Source: Octopus sinensis (lineage: Eukaryota). From it: a stretch of 64,000 nucleotides of DNA. Positions 38,601 through 56,149 of this stretch are shown in pieces (position 1 is the first letter of the stretch; each line of letters opens with the position of its first letter). The position numbers were made by a program, and so were the translations under genes. Where the stretch lies: positions 110,484,001 to 110,548,000 of the forward strand of contig NC_042998.1 of the NCBI RefSeq assembly GCF_006345805.1, read 5' to 3'. The notes under the pieces are model-generated. The model was given only the letters and a program-made list of their open reading frames with translations. It was not told the DNA's origin and made no database searches.

Positions 38601-39268
38601 TCATATATTATTTATATTATTATATGATCGAACGCACGCATCTATTTTCAATTAAGTTTATATATATATATATATATTATATATATATAAAGCTCAACTT
38701 GTGTGTCTGTGTGTGTATATGTGTGTGTGTCTCTGTGTTTAGCTTCCCGGCACATCTCCTAGCCAACATATCGTAGAACCACAAAAAATGGGTCACTTAA
38801 AGTTTAGGCGAATGAAAATTAAACTGCGCTATTTCTGTTCCGAAATTCATCTCTCAAGTGCAAAAATCGATAAGGTGTTTGTTTAGGCCTTATCCCATGC
38901 ATTGAATAGTCAACTTTACTCAGTCAGCTGTTTGACGTGCACCGTATTCACCACGCGTGCAAGTATGTGTAAATTGCATGAAAAATAAAAACCACTTTAA
39001 AATAAACTTTAAAATAATAATATATAAATTAGAAAAAAAACACCTTTTATCAATTCAAAATATAAGATTAAATTACGCCATGTAGAAAATAAAATATATT
39101 AGAAAGATTAAATATAAGATAAAAAATATAAATAAGATTAAGTAATGTGCAAGATAATAAATGAAACGTATATATTTGGTATTTCTAAATTGAACTTTTC
39201 CCTGTAAGTTTGGAATAATATTCCCTCATATTATTATTATTATTATCATTATTATTATTATTATTATT

Positions 39269-39960
<692 letters not shown>

Positions 39961-40192
39961 GTTATAAATAAATTTTCCTTGTTATCTTCTGGCCAAATTT
40001 ATTTCATAAATCAGATATTTTAAAATATTTTTTATTAGAATCCACAGAAAGATAGTCTACACAAAATACATTGTGTCAAACTGATGATTCTGGATTAAAT
40101 ATTTATTCACTGCCTGGCTCATATTTGAGTTCTTTCTTCTAAATGTCCAGGCCTACGTTTTGTTTTTTGAAGTTTTCACCTCCAGGAATACA

Positions 40193-40225
<33 letters not shown>

Positions 40226-40993
40226 TCACACACATATTCAATTGATGTGGGATTCAAATTGATGTACATGATGTAACTAAAGTGATGTAAATGGTTTTCA
40301 ACATGCGGTTTGGATGTTTCAGGAATATCTGCGATCACCTTGATTCTGTAGCGTGAGTCAGTGCCACTGTTCATCTCTGTTGGGTAAGCAAAGTATGGTG
40401 TATCTTCAACAAAAATCTTGAAAACCGCATCCGGCATACAGACTCTATAACATCATCCTGTCTGTACTCCGCGCATATTAAATGCATTCCTGGTAGCTTG
40501 TACACAGATATCAATTGCTACCAATTTCATTCGTGTAACAACAGAAAACTTGTAGGAATAAAATGAAAATGAGAACATCACGTTACTAATACAAAAATAA
40601 GGCACAACATTGACTTGAAAAAATGTTTAATACACTTGGCAGTAAATTATGGCTGGCAAATGAAATACTATCTCCTTGCTAGCAATTTATCTCTCTCTCT
40701 TTCTATGTATGTATGTATGTATGTATGTATGTATGTATGTATGTATGTATGTATGTATGTATGTATGTATGTATGTTTCTATCTATTTATCTATCTATCT
40801 ATCTATGTGTGTATGTGTGTATGTATGTAAGTAAATAGGTATATTTATATTTGTTTAGGGGGTAAATCACAGCTATTTTCGTTTGAGGTACATATCCTTA
40901 TTCCATTACTTCAATCAAATATTCATTCATAGATACTGCTCTATGCTAATCAAAATACGTATTAAAATTGAGAATTATGGAAATATTAAAGGC

Positions 40994-41233
40994 AATATTT
41001 TTGTACTATCTGTTCTCCATTGCACGTGTTTCATTTGCTAAGATTTACATGTTATATAGACATGCAAGAAATTTCCTTTGAGATATTCACCAGGTAGAGA
41101 AACATTTTATAAATATTGTCTCTGACGATTTTCTAATATGACTATATAACATGACTATATAACATGTAAATCTCTGTTATTCCTATTAGCAAATGAAACA
41201 CGTGTAATGGAGAATAAATAATACCCAAATATT
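40994..41233. mobile_element. Small MITE-like element with ~70-bp terminal inverted repeats
   Basis: ttctccattgcacgtgtttcatttgcta..gatttacatgttata / tataacatgtaaatc..tagcaaatgaaacacgtgtaatggagaa. Confidence 0.75.
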
Positions 41234-41270
41234 CCATTTTCCTTTTTTGTTACACACACACACATGTAAG

Positions 41271-41319
<49 letters not shown>

Positions 41320-41793
41320 AAAATAAGATAAATACGAAATTATTATCTACTATATACATGCAAAATTACATATAAAAACACATTTGTCTAACGCAAATAA
41401 TCTGATTGTATATTTTCAAAAATGCGTTCATGCATCTATACCATTGTGTCAATGCTTTTATTAAGATGGCTTCAGAATACAATACATTTACTGCATAGAA
41501 CTTACGTAGAAATGCAAATGGAAGTATTCAAAGTTATACTCAGACAATAATCCTTAATTATTCATAGACATAAAAACATTTTATCCACAGCAAGCAAAAT
41601 ATCCTGACAAATACCACACTATGCTTTTATATAGAGCGTAGTTTATATTCTCAAGTATTATTTTGGATATCTTGCACAACATGAACATCTGCTTAAGACC
41701 AATGTAGAGCAAACCTTAATCAAGTAAAAAAATGTTCAATTATATGTAGGTATAGGTAACCACACTCACATATATATGTATGTGTATATATAT

Positions 41794-41848
<55 letters not shown>

Positions 41849-42759
41849 ATGTATGTATGTATGTATGTATATGTGAAAATAGCGTGATATATAGATAGAT
41901 AGAAAGATGTACAGGAATAAATGCATTCATGTGTGCGAAAAGTTTTCAGTTTGTCCGAAGTAGGTCTAAAATTGACGATCATGTTGAAAATTCTTTCAAA
42001 ATAACATTAATTATGCTGAAATTTCTAACTTTTCTTTTTTCAGTTGAGTGTATAAAACATGCACTGTGTAAGAACATACGTGTGGCATTTGTCACGATAT
42101 TTCGGTTGCTATGGATATAATGTTTACAAATAATTAGGGTTTACTTGTCTCTGAATTCCTTCAAATTCCTTGACTTGTATTTCTTGATAAGCATTGTGCA
42201 GCAAATGGTTTATATTCTGAAACCTTAATAAAAGTATTGAGAAAATTGTATAGATGGATGACAATATAATTGGCAATATAGAATCAGGTATACTTGAGAT
42301 AAACAAAAAAAAGAGGTTCTTTTTTTAAAAGTTTACTTTTATATATTAGAATACAATATTTGTATACTCCATAAATGTATGTTTTTTAAACACATACATA
42401 CACTCAAACACTCACACACACATACATACATACACTCAAACACACACACATACACACAGAATAAACAAATACCTTGGTGATGCATTCACCAGAGTTCCAT
42501 TAGGTCAATCACTTGCTAAAAGGCTTGATATACACACGCGACAAATTTCTTTAATCACACTTGCGTGGGGGTGAACATGATAGCGTAGACATGCAGCCAT
42601 AGCAAATTTATATGCATATCTACAAACGTGCACAAACGCATGCATGTGTGTATGTGTGTCTGTATGTATGAGAGTGTGTGTGAGTGTACATACAAACACT
42701 TGCAAAAATATATATTAATGGAAATATATTGTTTCTTTACCAGAAATTCTAAAACTTAA

Positions 42760-42895
42760 CAGGTGTGGGTGTATGGTAAAGAGTTGCTCTTGAACCACAT
42801 GGTTCCATGTCAGCCCCAATATTACACCCTTGCGCCGATCAAAATATTGTGAGTCGATTTGGTAGAGGGAAACTGAAAAAACACTGTCGTATGTA
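42760..42895 (+). mobile_element. SINE family B head (diverged)
   Basis: gtgtgggtgtatggtaaag..aaccacatggttcc..gatttggtagagggaaactgaaa. Confidence 0.7.
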
Positions 42896-42926
42896 TACAT
42901 ATGCATACCTACATACATACATACAC

Positions 42927-42959
<33 letters not shown>

Positions 42960-42969
42960 TATAATTATA

Positions 42970-43009
<40 letters not shown>

Positions 43010-43052
43010 TATGTATATATATGTATAAGTATGTGTGTATATATATGTATAT

Positions 43053-43094
<42 letters not shown>

Positions 43095-46089
43095 ATGGAT
43101 GGATGGATGTATACATGCAGATTTATATGTTTCGCGTTATGTATGTAGACATGCTCATATATGCTTAAATGATAAACTTCTGCAAAGGTCCAAAAATGAT
43201 TAGAGCTCTATCACTAGAATTCGGATAATCAAAACGACAAATGTAATACGTTTCAAAGTGTTTTGCATATCTTTACCGTTCTGCACACATATTGGATTTG
43301 CGAAGTGCGTTCTAATGAGTGCTATTTTAACTACAATATCCTGGCTTTTCTAGACTGTCAACCAAATATTTCTAGACTGTCAACTAAAGAGCCCGCATGA
43401 TTTTTTGCGTCAATGTACATTTATCAGAAAAGCAACACATTTAGAAGAACTTATCCTAGTTTTGAAAGTAGAGATATTCGTATTTGGAGGGCATTTGAAT
43501 TCTATGACTGTAATTGATTTTTCTTTCCTTTCCCAAATAAGAATATCCGTTCTTTTTATTGGCATTTGGCTGAAGGTTTCATATGAAGGCTCGAAAAGTA
43601 TAAGTTATTGTTCATATTCATATATTTAATAAGAAAAAGAACATTCTATATATTTTTCGCTGGTCAATCTTTCCATTGGTTTAGCTTAAATAAAACGTCG
43701 TAATAGAAGATAAACAATTTTTGTCAGAGATTAAACACATGAGAAATGTCTTCAGAGAAGTGAAATATAATGGACATTTCCATTTACATCAATGAGGTTT
43801 CAATTAAATTCTACTCATGGATTGCGGAAGTATATCTTTTGAGATGTGATTTTATGTATCTGTAACGAGGTAATATAACTTCCACGAGTTCAAGAAAACA
43901 CGACTAGAAAAAAAAACAGACGTCAATGGCTTTGTTTTGACCACCCAGTTTCACGCAAAAGTAAGTAAGGTGTGCTTTATTCACAAGGGTGCGTTAAAAA
44001 TATCAGTTTCCATAAGATATAGTAAACTGTTCAAGAAAGCATGTCTTACGTTGATTGCAATGGTGGTCACACGAAATCAAGTACCACGTAGGCATGTCTG
44101 CAGTCAAATGTCACAAATATGAGACAGACATATATGATGCAAAGAGCCACATAGATTTGATATTTCATTAAAGAACATTCGTCATGATCATGACATTTAA
44201 AACTGGTTCGCTTGAAAATAAGTGTAAGTTGCGTCTATGTTTACGGTTTGGGAAAGATAAAACCATACATTTATGAGAATGTTCATTTCATTCTCAAGCC
44301 AAGTTTTATTCATTGTAGACGTGGTGTTTATCCATGAGTCCGTGCTACAGTATAACGTTGATATATGGATGTGGAGGTAATAAAATATGTGGATATATCT
44401 GGGTGAATGTGTTCGAAAGTATGGCATGTGACATCTCATTATTCATAAGAATACGGGAAAATTATCGTGCATCCACGGGTCTGTGAAAATAGTAACATTA
44501 ACTTTCTCAATAAAATTGCATCTATTGTAGAATTTTAAAGCTAGTCTCGGAATTTTCTGCAAGCACTGCTAATTTATATTTGCTTCCTCACACGGCATAT
44601 CAACTTATCTAAATTTACGCAGAGTCACCTTTATACCCCGATGATTACAAAATCGTGGATTTAGAAGTTATTTTCAGTTTAATACCTGGGTTGAGTTGAA
44701 TTCTGTCTTCTGTGCTACTGTTTGGTCAGAGCTACATATTTTTGTGTTTCAAAAACGAAGCCTTGTATCAAATGCATATTTATCTTCATTAATTATAGCT
44801 TATCACAGCCTAATTAAGTTGTCGACCAGTAGAGGGAATGGAAGAAAAGTACTTCAATTGAAATGAGGCATATTTTCTTTTGTTTCTTTTTCTTGTCATT
44901 TTTGCATTCCTTTATATGATCTACGGCGTATTTAGATTATTATAAGAATAGGCAAGCAAAAGTATGGTATGGGCGAAATATTAACTTTGATTCATATGTC
45001 TGTTAATATGAGTGCATATAAAATTAACATATTCGAGCAACTTAAAAATGTCGAGTAATGTCGAGCAAACAGGTGAGGGTGAAGTCAAAATCATGAAACA
45101 ATTGTAAGCGACGGAGATTTCTATATGTAAATAATAATGGATGCCGAAACACTTTAGATGATGTATGTAAACAATTCTGTTGGTAATCTTCTCCGAGAGC
45201 TAAAGCTTTTTGGCGATAGGGTATTGCAGGAATACAAGGGGAAATATTTTATAGGGGAAAAATATCTTTCTGAAATATAACACGTTCTACAACAGATAGT
45301 TCTACTTCTGTTGTAGATATATATCAATGGGGTTTATTGCTTTTGATCGTAAGGTTGATTAATCTGTCCCATGACAACAAATAATTTAGCCATAGCCATC
45401 CATCATCTTTTTTTATAATTTTATTGAGAATTGTTTGCTATATCTAATTTCTTCCAATGATTATGTACAGGGCTCTGCGCTACTCAAGAGAGATAGTTTA
45501 TAGGTTATACATATTTATAAATATGTCATGGAAATATAGTATTTTGCTAAATATATGTCAGCTAAAATTATATAAACATGATGAAAAATGCAGGTACGTA
45601 GATGATGTAAAGCAGTTGTACCGAATATACAATAACTTAAAGGAGCAAGTATTCTGCTGTGAAGTGGGGAGGATCGAAAACATTTTACCAGATCATTCTT
45701 AATGTACTGTACTGCACTTATCAGGAAGTAATTTTTTTACTTGAATTAATCAGCAGAAATTACGGGATTGGCAACAATTTATTGATTATTAAATCGCTAA
45801 TGGTCTTTTCACACTATTTGTGTGTGTGCTTGTGTGTGTGTTGTACGTGCGTGCGCGTCTATATATATATGAGTGTGTGTATATGTGCGCGTGTTTGTGC
45901 GTTTGTGTATGTGTTTATGTGTATGTGTATTTGTTCGTGCGGATGTATGTGTGAGTGTTTGTTAGTGTAACTTTAGGTATGACATTGTGGTTATGTAGGT
46001 AAGCTGAATTCTGGAAGTGATTACATAGGCGTTCAAACAGAGACAGGCTCATATAGTGCGTCTGTGTATACATATATGTGTGTGTATGT

Positions 46090-46174
<85 letters not shown>

Positions 46175-46967
46175 TGCATACATCTATGTACATATATATG
46201 TAGGTGTGTATATGCATATACAGGTAACATGCACATGTACATATGAACACATCTGAATTTTTTTTTGTACACGAGTAGCCTAACTTGTAAAGTAAACATA
46301 TTTGTAAATAATACCGTACATTTACACACATATACGCAAACACAAACACAGAGACACAGACACACTTACACACACATACATACATGAACGTTTTCAAAGA
46401 TGCCTACGGACCTATATTTGTGCGTGCGTGTGAGTATATATATTCAAACACACACACAAACACACATATACATACATGTAAATGTATATGTATTTATACA
46501 GATAACCACTTACATGCACAAACGTAAGGACGGACAAGCACTACAGTCCATTCATTAAGTTTGACAGAGACACAGTGACACGAAAATTGTTTTCATTTTT
46601 GTTTTTATTTTAAAGTGGTTTCAGAAAATAAACAAAGCTTAGATGGAGGTGAAACTGCTTCTCTGCTCACGCCACTCTGTGCTGCATTGTTCAAAGAAGA
46701 CCTTACACACTATAACTTCATTCTTTGCGCTAATTGCTATTTACTTCGGCTGTTTATTTTGTGCAGACTGGTATTGAGACAGCAATTACATAGTGTTAGT
46801 TGAACTAAAGATTGTGTATTGATTGTGTAAATTAAGCAAGTATAATTCTATATTACCTTCTTTTTTCGTTGTGGTCTTGTAATTCCCTGCTCTCACGAAG
46901 GAAACCAACTAAAGTTTTCTGCGTTTGTTCATTTTATGTATGTACACACACACACGCACATATATGA

Positions 46968-47033
<66 letters not shown>

Positions 47034-47249
47034 GTGTGTATATATACTTTTATATGTGTGCATATATAGATAGATATGTGTATGCACGAGTGCGTATACA
47101 TGCATGTGCATATTTATATATAAAGCTATGTACATATCTCATTAAACGTGCATGTATATATGTCTGTAACAATCTATCCATCTATCTTTACATCTAACTT
47201 TCTATCTTTCTCTCTCTGTACCTTTAAAACACACATACATGCAAGATAC

Positions 47250-47280
<31 letters not shown>

Positions 47281-50200
47281 TATGCAAATACATATATATT
47301 TGCATATATAAAAAAAACATCAATATATCGATCTCAATATCGATTGACCCACGTATTTACTATTTAACTACTTGTGTGTAATTAGCTATATTATGTGTGT
47401 GTGTGTGTGCGTGTGTACTTACTTGTGTAGCTCTCTGCTAATCATTTCACCGTTTCTTTCACTTTCTTTATTATATATTCCTATGCTCATATCCTACCTA
47501 TATGTCCAGTGTAATAGATATATATGCAGGAAAACATATTACTATAGAATTTGACCATCTACAGATTATACGTATTCACACGCCTTCACTTATGTGTGTG
47601 TGTGTGTGTGTGTGCGTGTGCGTGAGTGTATGTATATATAATAAATTTGATGAATACATTTTTCCGTTACTTATATGTAGAGAGTATTATATATTTTACG
47701 AAGAAGTTAATCAAGCTAATGAGAAATACTGATCATAGTTTTCCTCTATCTTTCTTTTGTCGAGTATTTACCTCATCATTTTGAGATGAAATGATTAATA
47801 ACGTTTTCAATTGCGTTCGATGTGCTTTCAAATAATAACGTTATCATCCACGTGTAATGTCAGTCATAATCTATAAGGCGGTGCTACGTTCCATTTTGAG
47901 GTGGGGAACATTGGGCATGCGTTAAGTAAAATGTTCATTTCTTTTGTTTGGAATTAGTGTAGGTTAGCAAAATTTGTAAAGATATTTTGTCTATAAGGGA
48001 GAGAGAGGTCACAATTCGTCGATCACTTCATAGAAGCGGATGCTTTATCTGCTGTTTCCTTTTTTTATTCCTGGTAGGCTTCCTCCCGACTTTTTGTCTC
48101 CAAATATATTACGAAAATTGCTGAGATTGTGTGTCATATAGAAGTTTATCACATATCCTATACAACTTTGTCTTTATATCACTGCATTTTCATAACTTAT
48201 ATGAAATCAACTCTCTATTGTTTACTGTTTTTCTACCCAATTTTGAATGGGTAGTTGATTGTCCACGACTATTTTACGGTACTTATAGCTGTATCATAAT
48301 ATTGTGAAGGTATTCATAGGCGTGAAATTAGGCATTTTGAGAAAGAAGCAATCCATTAAATAAAGCATTTTTCTCCGTTGCTGCTTATATCGGTATCACT
48401 GTTCTAAAACTCCGAAAGCAAATGTGCCTAACCAAATATTGCAACGTACATTATCTGTTGTACTTTATTTACTACCCTCACTAAGAGAAATTATTTCGTC
48501 TGCACAACCGGTGAATTCTTTCATTAAAGGGGTAATCATATTCTGAATCTTATTAGTTTACACATACTACAGAGAAATAGAGACGAATAAAGAAAAACTT
48601 GATTATACAAACTTGAATACCGGTTACATGGTGGAAATCATTTGACTCTGCAAGAGCTCTGCTAGCTTGTACAATTAATTTTATTCCAAATTACATTAAA
48701 AATGAATATAAATGACCACCAAAACACTGTGGAACAAAATGAAATTATTTAGATATATTTATGAATCATTTATCTAATATTACTGCCAGATGAACAGGAA
48801 CACGACATATGATGAAAAGAAAAGTAACATTCCACGGAATGCCATACCATTTTTTGCTTCAAAGGAAAATGTACCTAAGATCTTATCATCAAATGTGTCA
48901 TTCCAGTTCTTAAGATGTTTGGGTACGAAATGAAAGAAGATTGTTTGTTGATCGTAGCGGAACTATCGACCAGGTATAGGCTTCGTCGCTGTGACGTACA
49001 TGCTGCGTCTATATCACTGTTGTGAAGACAATACAAAAACGTTGGTAGAATACTAGAAATATCTGTAAGACAGTGACATTTCAGAATAATAAATGTATTT
49101 TACCATTTATAATTGGGTTTCTACGGAATAAATACACTATGTTGAGTAGTAGTAATTCACCTTGTTATATCCCATTTGCAAAATTTCACATTCAGTTCAG
49201 AAATTATTTTTGCCTTAACTTCTCCAATATAAGTTGATTGTAAAACAGTTGTCATTCAAGAAAACGAACGTAAATTTATTTTAAAATATGCTTCTTCTAT
49301 AACGTTCAGATAAATCATTACATACGTTATTTGTTTAACTTTCAAATCTTGAAACGTGGAAAAAAAAACCCAATTTACTTTCGCAAAAATATTTCGAACT
49401 TATAGATTTACATTTTTATTCAAACTATTTTTTTTCTTATCTACTTAATTTAGTTACAGTTATATAACTGCTCGGGAATTGGCATCAGTAAAGTTAATAT
49501 TTTTAGCCATGGTTATTATTTTTACAAAGAAATTCGTCTATGAAATTGGCGTATTTTAAAAATATGTACTTGTATTTTTCACTGAAATACCAGTAGCATA
49601 AAAGCACTCAAATGTATTTCACTTTGTCCAACTCGTAATCGTTTGGAGCCTAAGTGATTCTAAGTTATTTGGTATTTACTTCTGTTCCTCAGATGGAAAG
49701 CAATGTTGTTTGTATGCGAACAATATTACAAATGAAAGATTCTAATGTTGACTATATACATACTTTCTATCACAAATGTATTAACTATATTGAATTTCTC
49801 TGTGTAAGCATAAGTACATAAATATGTAACATATATGAAATGATCGCAGCCAGCTATGTCTTGTACTGATTTTATATCCCCTTCATTATCAATATTAGAG
49901 TAATGTAAAGCGGTAGACAATATATTTAATATATTTCAATATTTACTATATGTGAAGGGACATGGAATGATAGAAATGATACAAACCCATGTTTAAAGTC
50001 TTGACTGTACTTAGTTATGTTTTTTAAAGTTTTACTTCATTACCGCTCGCTATTATCGCACAGTAATCAATAAAATAACTATCAATAACATTTTGGGGTC
50101 AATTCAGTATAAGATCTTAGGTAAGGGATATCCCATTCCGTATATACATATGTATATGTGTGTGTGTGTGTGTATGAGCCTCTGTACCCCTGATAGAAAT

Positions 50201-51113
50201 CAATGCCCTATGTGCACCGTAACTGATTAAATAATAGATTGATTTTGATAAACTTCTCATACAGCATAATGCTTAAAAGACACATCAGCACGTAAGTAAG
50301 TAAAACCAGCAGTGTCAGCGTTTACTAAAACGATTTCCTGGCATAGAAAGTAGATGGGATTATATCTAGAGTATATATAGCAAAATATTAGAAGTAAGCA
50401 TAGATAAATTCTAACTCATTAACAGAAACAATAGATAGACTGTACCAAACCACTCAAATTCTCTAAATCAACCTCTACCTATGTATTTTAATATTCATTC
50501 ACTTGGCTTCCGAAATATATAAGGAATCTTTGAAACATAAAAAAAAAGGTATATATGCTAAGTAATCAAATATTTCAAGAAAAGCAGATATCAAGTTTTA
50601 GCCGTAGTGAAGTTGTAAAGAAAAGCAATCGGAGTAGGAAACATCAGTGCATACACTGTTTAATGTAATGAAAAATATGTGAGACCCAGGAGAATTTACA
50701 AAAGAACTGCAAAGAGGTAACCTGCTTCGTCAATTTTAAAGGCGTGAACTTCTTCCAGTCCTGGGAACGACATGAAACTGAACGCAAAGTGTAATGTAGC
50801 GATAAATGTACAAAAAGGAAACTGTGGCTGCCGCTGGAAGACATTGATCCTAGATATGCTAACAGTGCTCAGGCGCGTCTAAACAACAGCAATAACAACA
50901 AAGATAACATTGCTTTTTAATGTTCCGTTTCCAATAACAAGAGAAAGACCGAATTCAGCAAAGATTAGGTTTTTAATATGAATTCATTTGTGTTGCTATA
51001 TTGCTACTCCTGTTCGGAGTAAGAAGCTAGCAAGATAAAATCGCACGTCAACTTCTCATTTTCAAATCATGTTTCATCCCTCTTGATATTCTTTCACGGA
51101 TATCACAAGCACA

Positions 51114-51144
<31 letters not shown>

Positions 51145-54100
51145 CACACACACACACACACACACACGTACACAACGCGCATAAAACCACATATACATTC
51201 ATCAACATTCACACAAGCATACACACTTCCCTTCCATGTATGCTTCTGCTCATTTGGCAATAACAGTAAGTATTGCGTTACCAAATGCTTTAAACTAGAT
51301 TAATTTTATTTATTTCATAAATTCTACTTCTACTGTTAACTAAATTATTAATAACGCTTATATTTTAAATATGCTCATTGCTAAATAACTGGAAGTTATT
51401 TTGAAAATATAGCGACAGCCTCTTAAATAAAATAATATCACAACCAAGCATGAGATTTAGAATTCAAAAATAAAATTTTTGGAATGGCAAATTGGAAGAA
51501 ACTGATAAAAGATATAATTTAAAAGAAAGAGGAACTAAATTATTAGTAGCCTTTCCCAATTGATTTTCAATCAAACTACTTATGACTTCTGGGAATGCAA
51601 TACTACTGTGTTGCATTTTGGATAATTAATCAGTTCTTTAAATCACTTAACCTACATTTTGCTACGATGAAGATTCAAACATATAAATTCAGTATAATTA
51701 GCTAATATACTCCATAATGATAGAGATAAGTTGTCTTAATTGAAAATACAATTTAATGATCAAATCTATGTACGGAAGTTAATTTCAGGTTTATGGGAAA
51801 GAAAATAAAACACTTTACTGAAACGATTTTAGGAATATAATTTAAATAGCCAAATAAAATTGTTGTACTTAAGTTCCAAATAACCTATCGCCAATGGATC
51901 TTCATTAAATTACATATCTTAAAATAGACCAAGTAAAGTATATTGCCTTTATTTTAATTATATCTATTGTGCACGATAAAATATGTTTTAATCTCAGGCG
52001 GCCGTTTAATTATTCATGATATGCGGAGGTAATGATATCTATATAAGACAGCTCTGGGTATTTTCGATATTATTCATGAATACATTACACACACACACGC
52101 ATGTATATATGTATATATATATATATATATACATACATACATCCAACTGATAACTTAAGTTAAAGATCACACTAAGTATGTTAAAGTGCTTTCAAATGAA
52201 AATATCCCTGCATTGATAATTGAAACAGCATTAATAGGTTTGACCCGGTGAAATTTTCACAGATCTCCTCTGGAAAAACACGGCCCGGTAATTCGTCAAA
52301 TGCTACTGTATTTCTTTTGAAGGAGACAGTATAATGCGGTTTATACTGTAGCAGGTTTCAAAATGCTTCAATGAAATTAAAAGCGTTAAACAGATATTCA
52401 AGGAATTTTCTTTATTCTTCGAAATAGTGAATTCAATCATAATTAGTTTAACGTCACAACAATACGCCCAATGTCAGGTAGAATGAGAAACTGCAACTGT
52501 TGTACTATATATATATATACAGGTAAATATATATATATACATATATATATGTGTGTAAGTATGTATGTATATATGTATATATATGTATATATATGTATAT
52601 GTGTAAGTATGTATATATATATATATATATAAAATATATATATATATATATGTGTGTGTATATACATATATATATATATATAGTCATAAGTAATTACATA
52701 CATACACACATGGATAAAAGAATATCGAGATATGTGAATATAAGTATAAATCATATATTCAAGCTGAACAGTTCGACTACTAAAAGTTTACAGATTATGT
52801 AGAAAATGAAGAAGTTCACAACCTTGAAGTCTCTTGCTGTATGCAGGAAAATATAAATCAATCAAGTTATTCGTTTAATCTACAAAACATCGATTTAAAT
52901 GCTAGAATTACGTAGTCTAACTTACTATTTTGGTTGCAAGAGTCTAAAATTCCCGTTTTATTTGACGTTGATGTAAAACAGACTCGCCTTGAAAGCAGTT
53001 TAGGTATCTCTTTCGAATGAAATATTATCCAACTACAAAATATAGGTCTCTCGTACAATGTTGTTGTTTGGTGGCATATAATCAGTGAAATGTCTCACAA
53101 AAACTTAATTTCACTGAAGACGAATTATTTAGACGACCTTCCACTGTGGTTCGGAAACGCAAGTGAAAGAAAGGTGTTTAGGCCATTTACGATTGGACAT
53201 TATATATTTCCGTTTTACCATTCAATGCTGATTTATGTTATAATTTAACCCCCACGTAAGTATTATTGGAACAGAACTGTGATAAAAAATAAAATTCCTG
53301 CAAGGAATGAAAACTCCTTTTAATGGTGTCTAAGATACTTTATCCACTACAACTCTTGTTATGTTGCAGGAACTAAACAGAGATAGATTTTGCTGGTAGT
53401 CTTTCTCTTTTTATTTTGCATTCCAGAGTTTCATTTTGTGGTTTCATTTCTACTACGCATAGCTGTGTGTGTATATACGCATATACACTTACATGTCTCT
53501 CATTTTCTTTCTCTCATTCTCTCTCTCTTCACACACACACACACACGCATATACATACACACATGCATACGTATCTGTGTATATGTCTAAACGCATACGT
53601 GTCTGTGCATATGTATAGATGCAATTATACACGCATATATATACACGCATACACACACAAACACACACATACACACACACACACACACAAGCGGTATATT
53701 ATAGTTTTCAGAACTACCAACATGTCCTGGTTATGATGGATTGTCTTGAGAGTCTCAATGACCCTGAGAACTTACAATCATTTAGGACCATTGGAAGGAG
53801 AGAAGTCAGACTAATGTGGACCACCTCTTTCCCGAGGTAAACGATTTGTTTGCAGAGAGCCAACACTTCTACCGGGAAAAGAAAACAAATTTACAGATAC
53901 ATAGATGGAAATTCAATATGAACAATACCTGAGAGATGACGATCTTCCAGCTGCAAAATGTATGACGGTTTCCGTTTGGGAAATATATGACGCGGGGCAC
54001 TAAAATACAAGTCAGGGCCCGACAGGGAGCCCATAGGGGATGCAGAAAAGAAGACGCCCTAAAAGTAACTGGAGACAGGATACTGAAGTAGAGGTGAAAA

Positions 54101-55655
54101 AGCAGTTGCATAAAAGAAAGCCCAATATCGATAAATGTAGAAACGTCAATGACGGTCTATGACTTATAGGGGGAAAAGCGCTTAAGTGAGTAACGTATAT
54201 TCATTGAAAACACATTGAGCAAAGTTCTTTTAACCGAATGGCAAATTATTAGAAACGTATATTTGTAGATCGATAAATTTGCTAAAATGTAATTCAACAC
54301 TATACAAAATACATCGGAAGCAGCATTTGTAGAAGGTCTTAAACTAACGTTTTATGCAATTATAATCTTAAAATGTAAAGAATACGTTTTAAATGAAAAT
54401 CATATATATTTTCGTGATTAGTATATATGTTTGTGTCTGTCCGTTTAGTTTTGCGTGTAGTGAGATAAACAATAGAAAGTTGATTTCTGAAAGAGGCTCG
54501 AAAATAAAATCTATATCGGTGAAATATTGACTATCAGATCTTACCGCTAATTTAATTGGTACCTAATTTATTGATGCATACTAGGTGACAGATAAAACTT
54601 GTTATGCAGGATTTTATCACAGAAGATAAATGAACATAATTCATGCCTTAGGCTTTTTTAGTCAATAATTTTATCTCTAGCCGTCTACTGCCTCTGTAAT
54701 AGTTAATTTGTAACATGCTAGTAATTGACTAATATTAATCAGTAGACTTCGATTAATTATTGTGTATCCAGTCTGTCTTTCTGAAAGGCAGTAACGATTT
54801 TATGTTGTAAATAGTTTATACGTTTATCGCAATTAATTTACTCAACCTCAACTCAAAATGTGGAAATTCCATACTATCTATTAATACGGATTTATTTAGT
54901 AACGAACCTTAAAATATGGTAGTTAATTCAGATACTAACAGATTAATGAATCGTTTTGTTCTTGGACGGCCTTAAAACTTTTAAAGTACTGTCTTTGAAA
55001 CTTAACATTTAGACGAATATTCTACCTTTTCTCCAACTAAAATACATTTACTAAAAGTGTTTTCTCTAAATTTCTATTACCTGTGCCTGCAGTGTTATGT
55101 AAATTAGGCATACATATATTTATGCCTGAATATATATGCACAGCAAATTGCAAAATATAATTAACGTTCATGTGATAAATGTTCAAGAGAAACGTTCAAG
55201 AGAAATGAAGTGATAACAAGTTAAAAGTTACAATAATCAGTTAGGTTTTGACGCAGGACAGAAAACTTTCGGCCTTCTTTATTTAAATTTTAAAGGGGAG
55301 GTAAATATTTTACTTATGAAGGAGTCCTCCTTACATTCAAATTTTTATGTATCTCATCTCTTCCCATCTCTCTCTCTAACTTTCTTTCATCATATGTGTG
55401 TGCGTGTGAGTGTCTGATCCAATGAAGCTCTAAGCTTATACAAAATCATTCGACTATGAGTGCGTTGCATCTTATATCAGAAACAGCTGTATGCTAATGT
55501 CTCTCATGACATAATTTCTTATTTCCTTGCGGTTTTAATTTCTTCTTCCTGCTCTGTACTCCACTGACCCTCTGTTGTCAAGTATATGTAGAATGAGTTC
55601 TAACATCAGGCTATTAGTATCGCTTTGCCTAAGCGAAACAGTATAAATGAATAAG

Positions 55656-56100
<445 letters not shown>

Positions 56101-56111
56101 GAAAGAAAAGA

Positions 56112-56149
<38 letters not shown>

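Noticed and set aside
40153-40437. Minus-strand ORF MPDAVFKIFVEDTPYFAYP.. with coding-like composition
   Set aside because: In-frame TGA just upstream, it runs into (TG)n, has no convincing splice sites and no recognisable domain.
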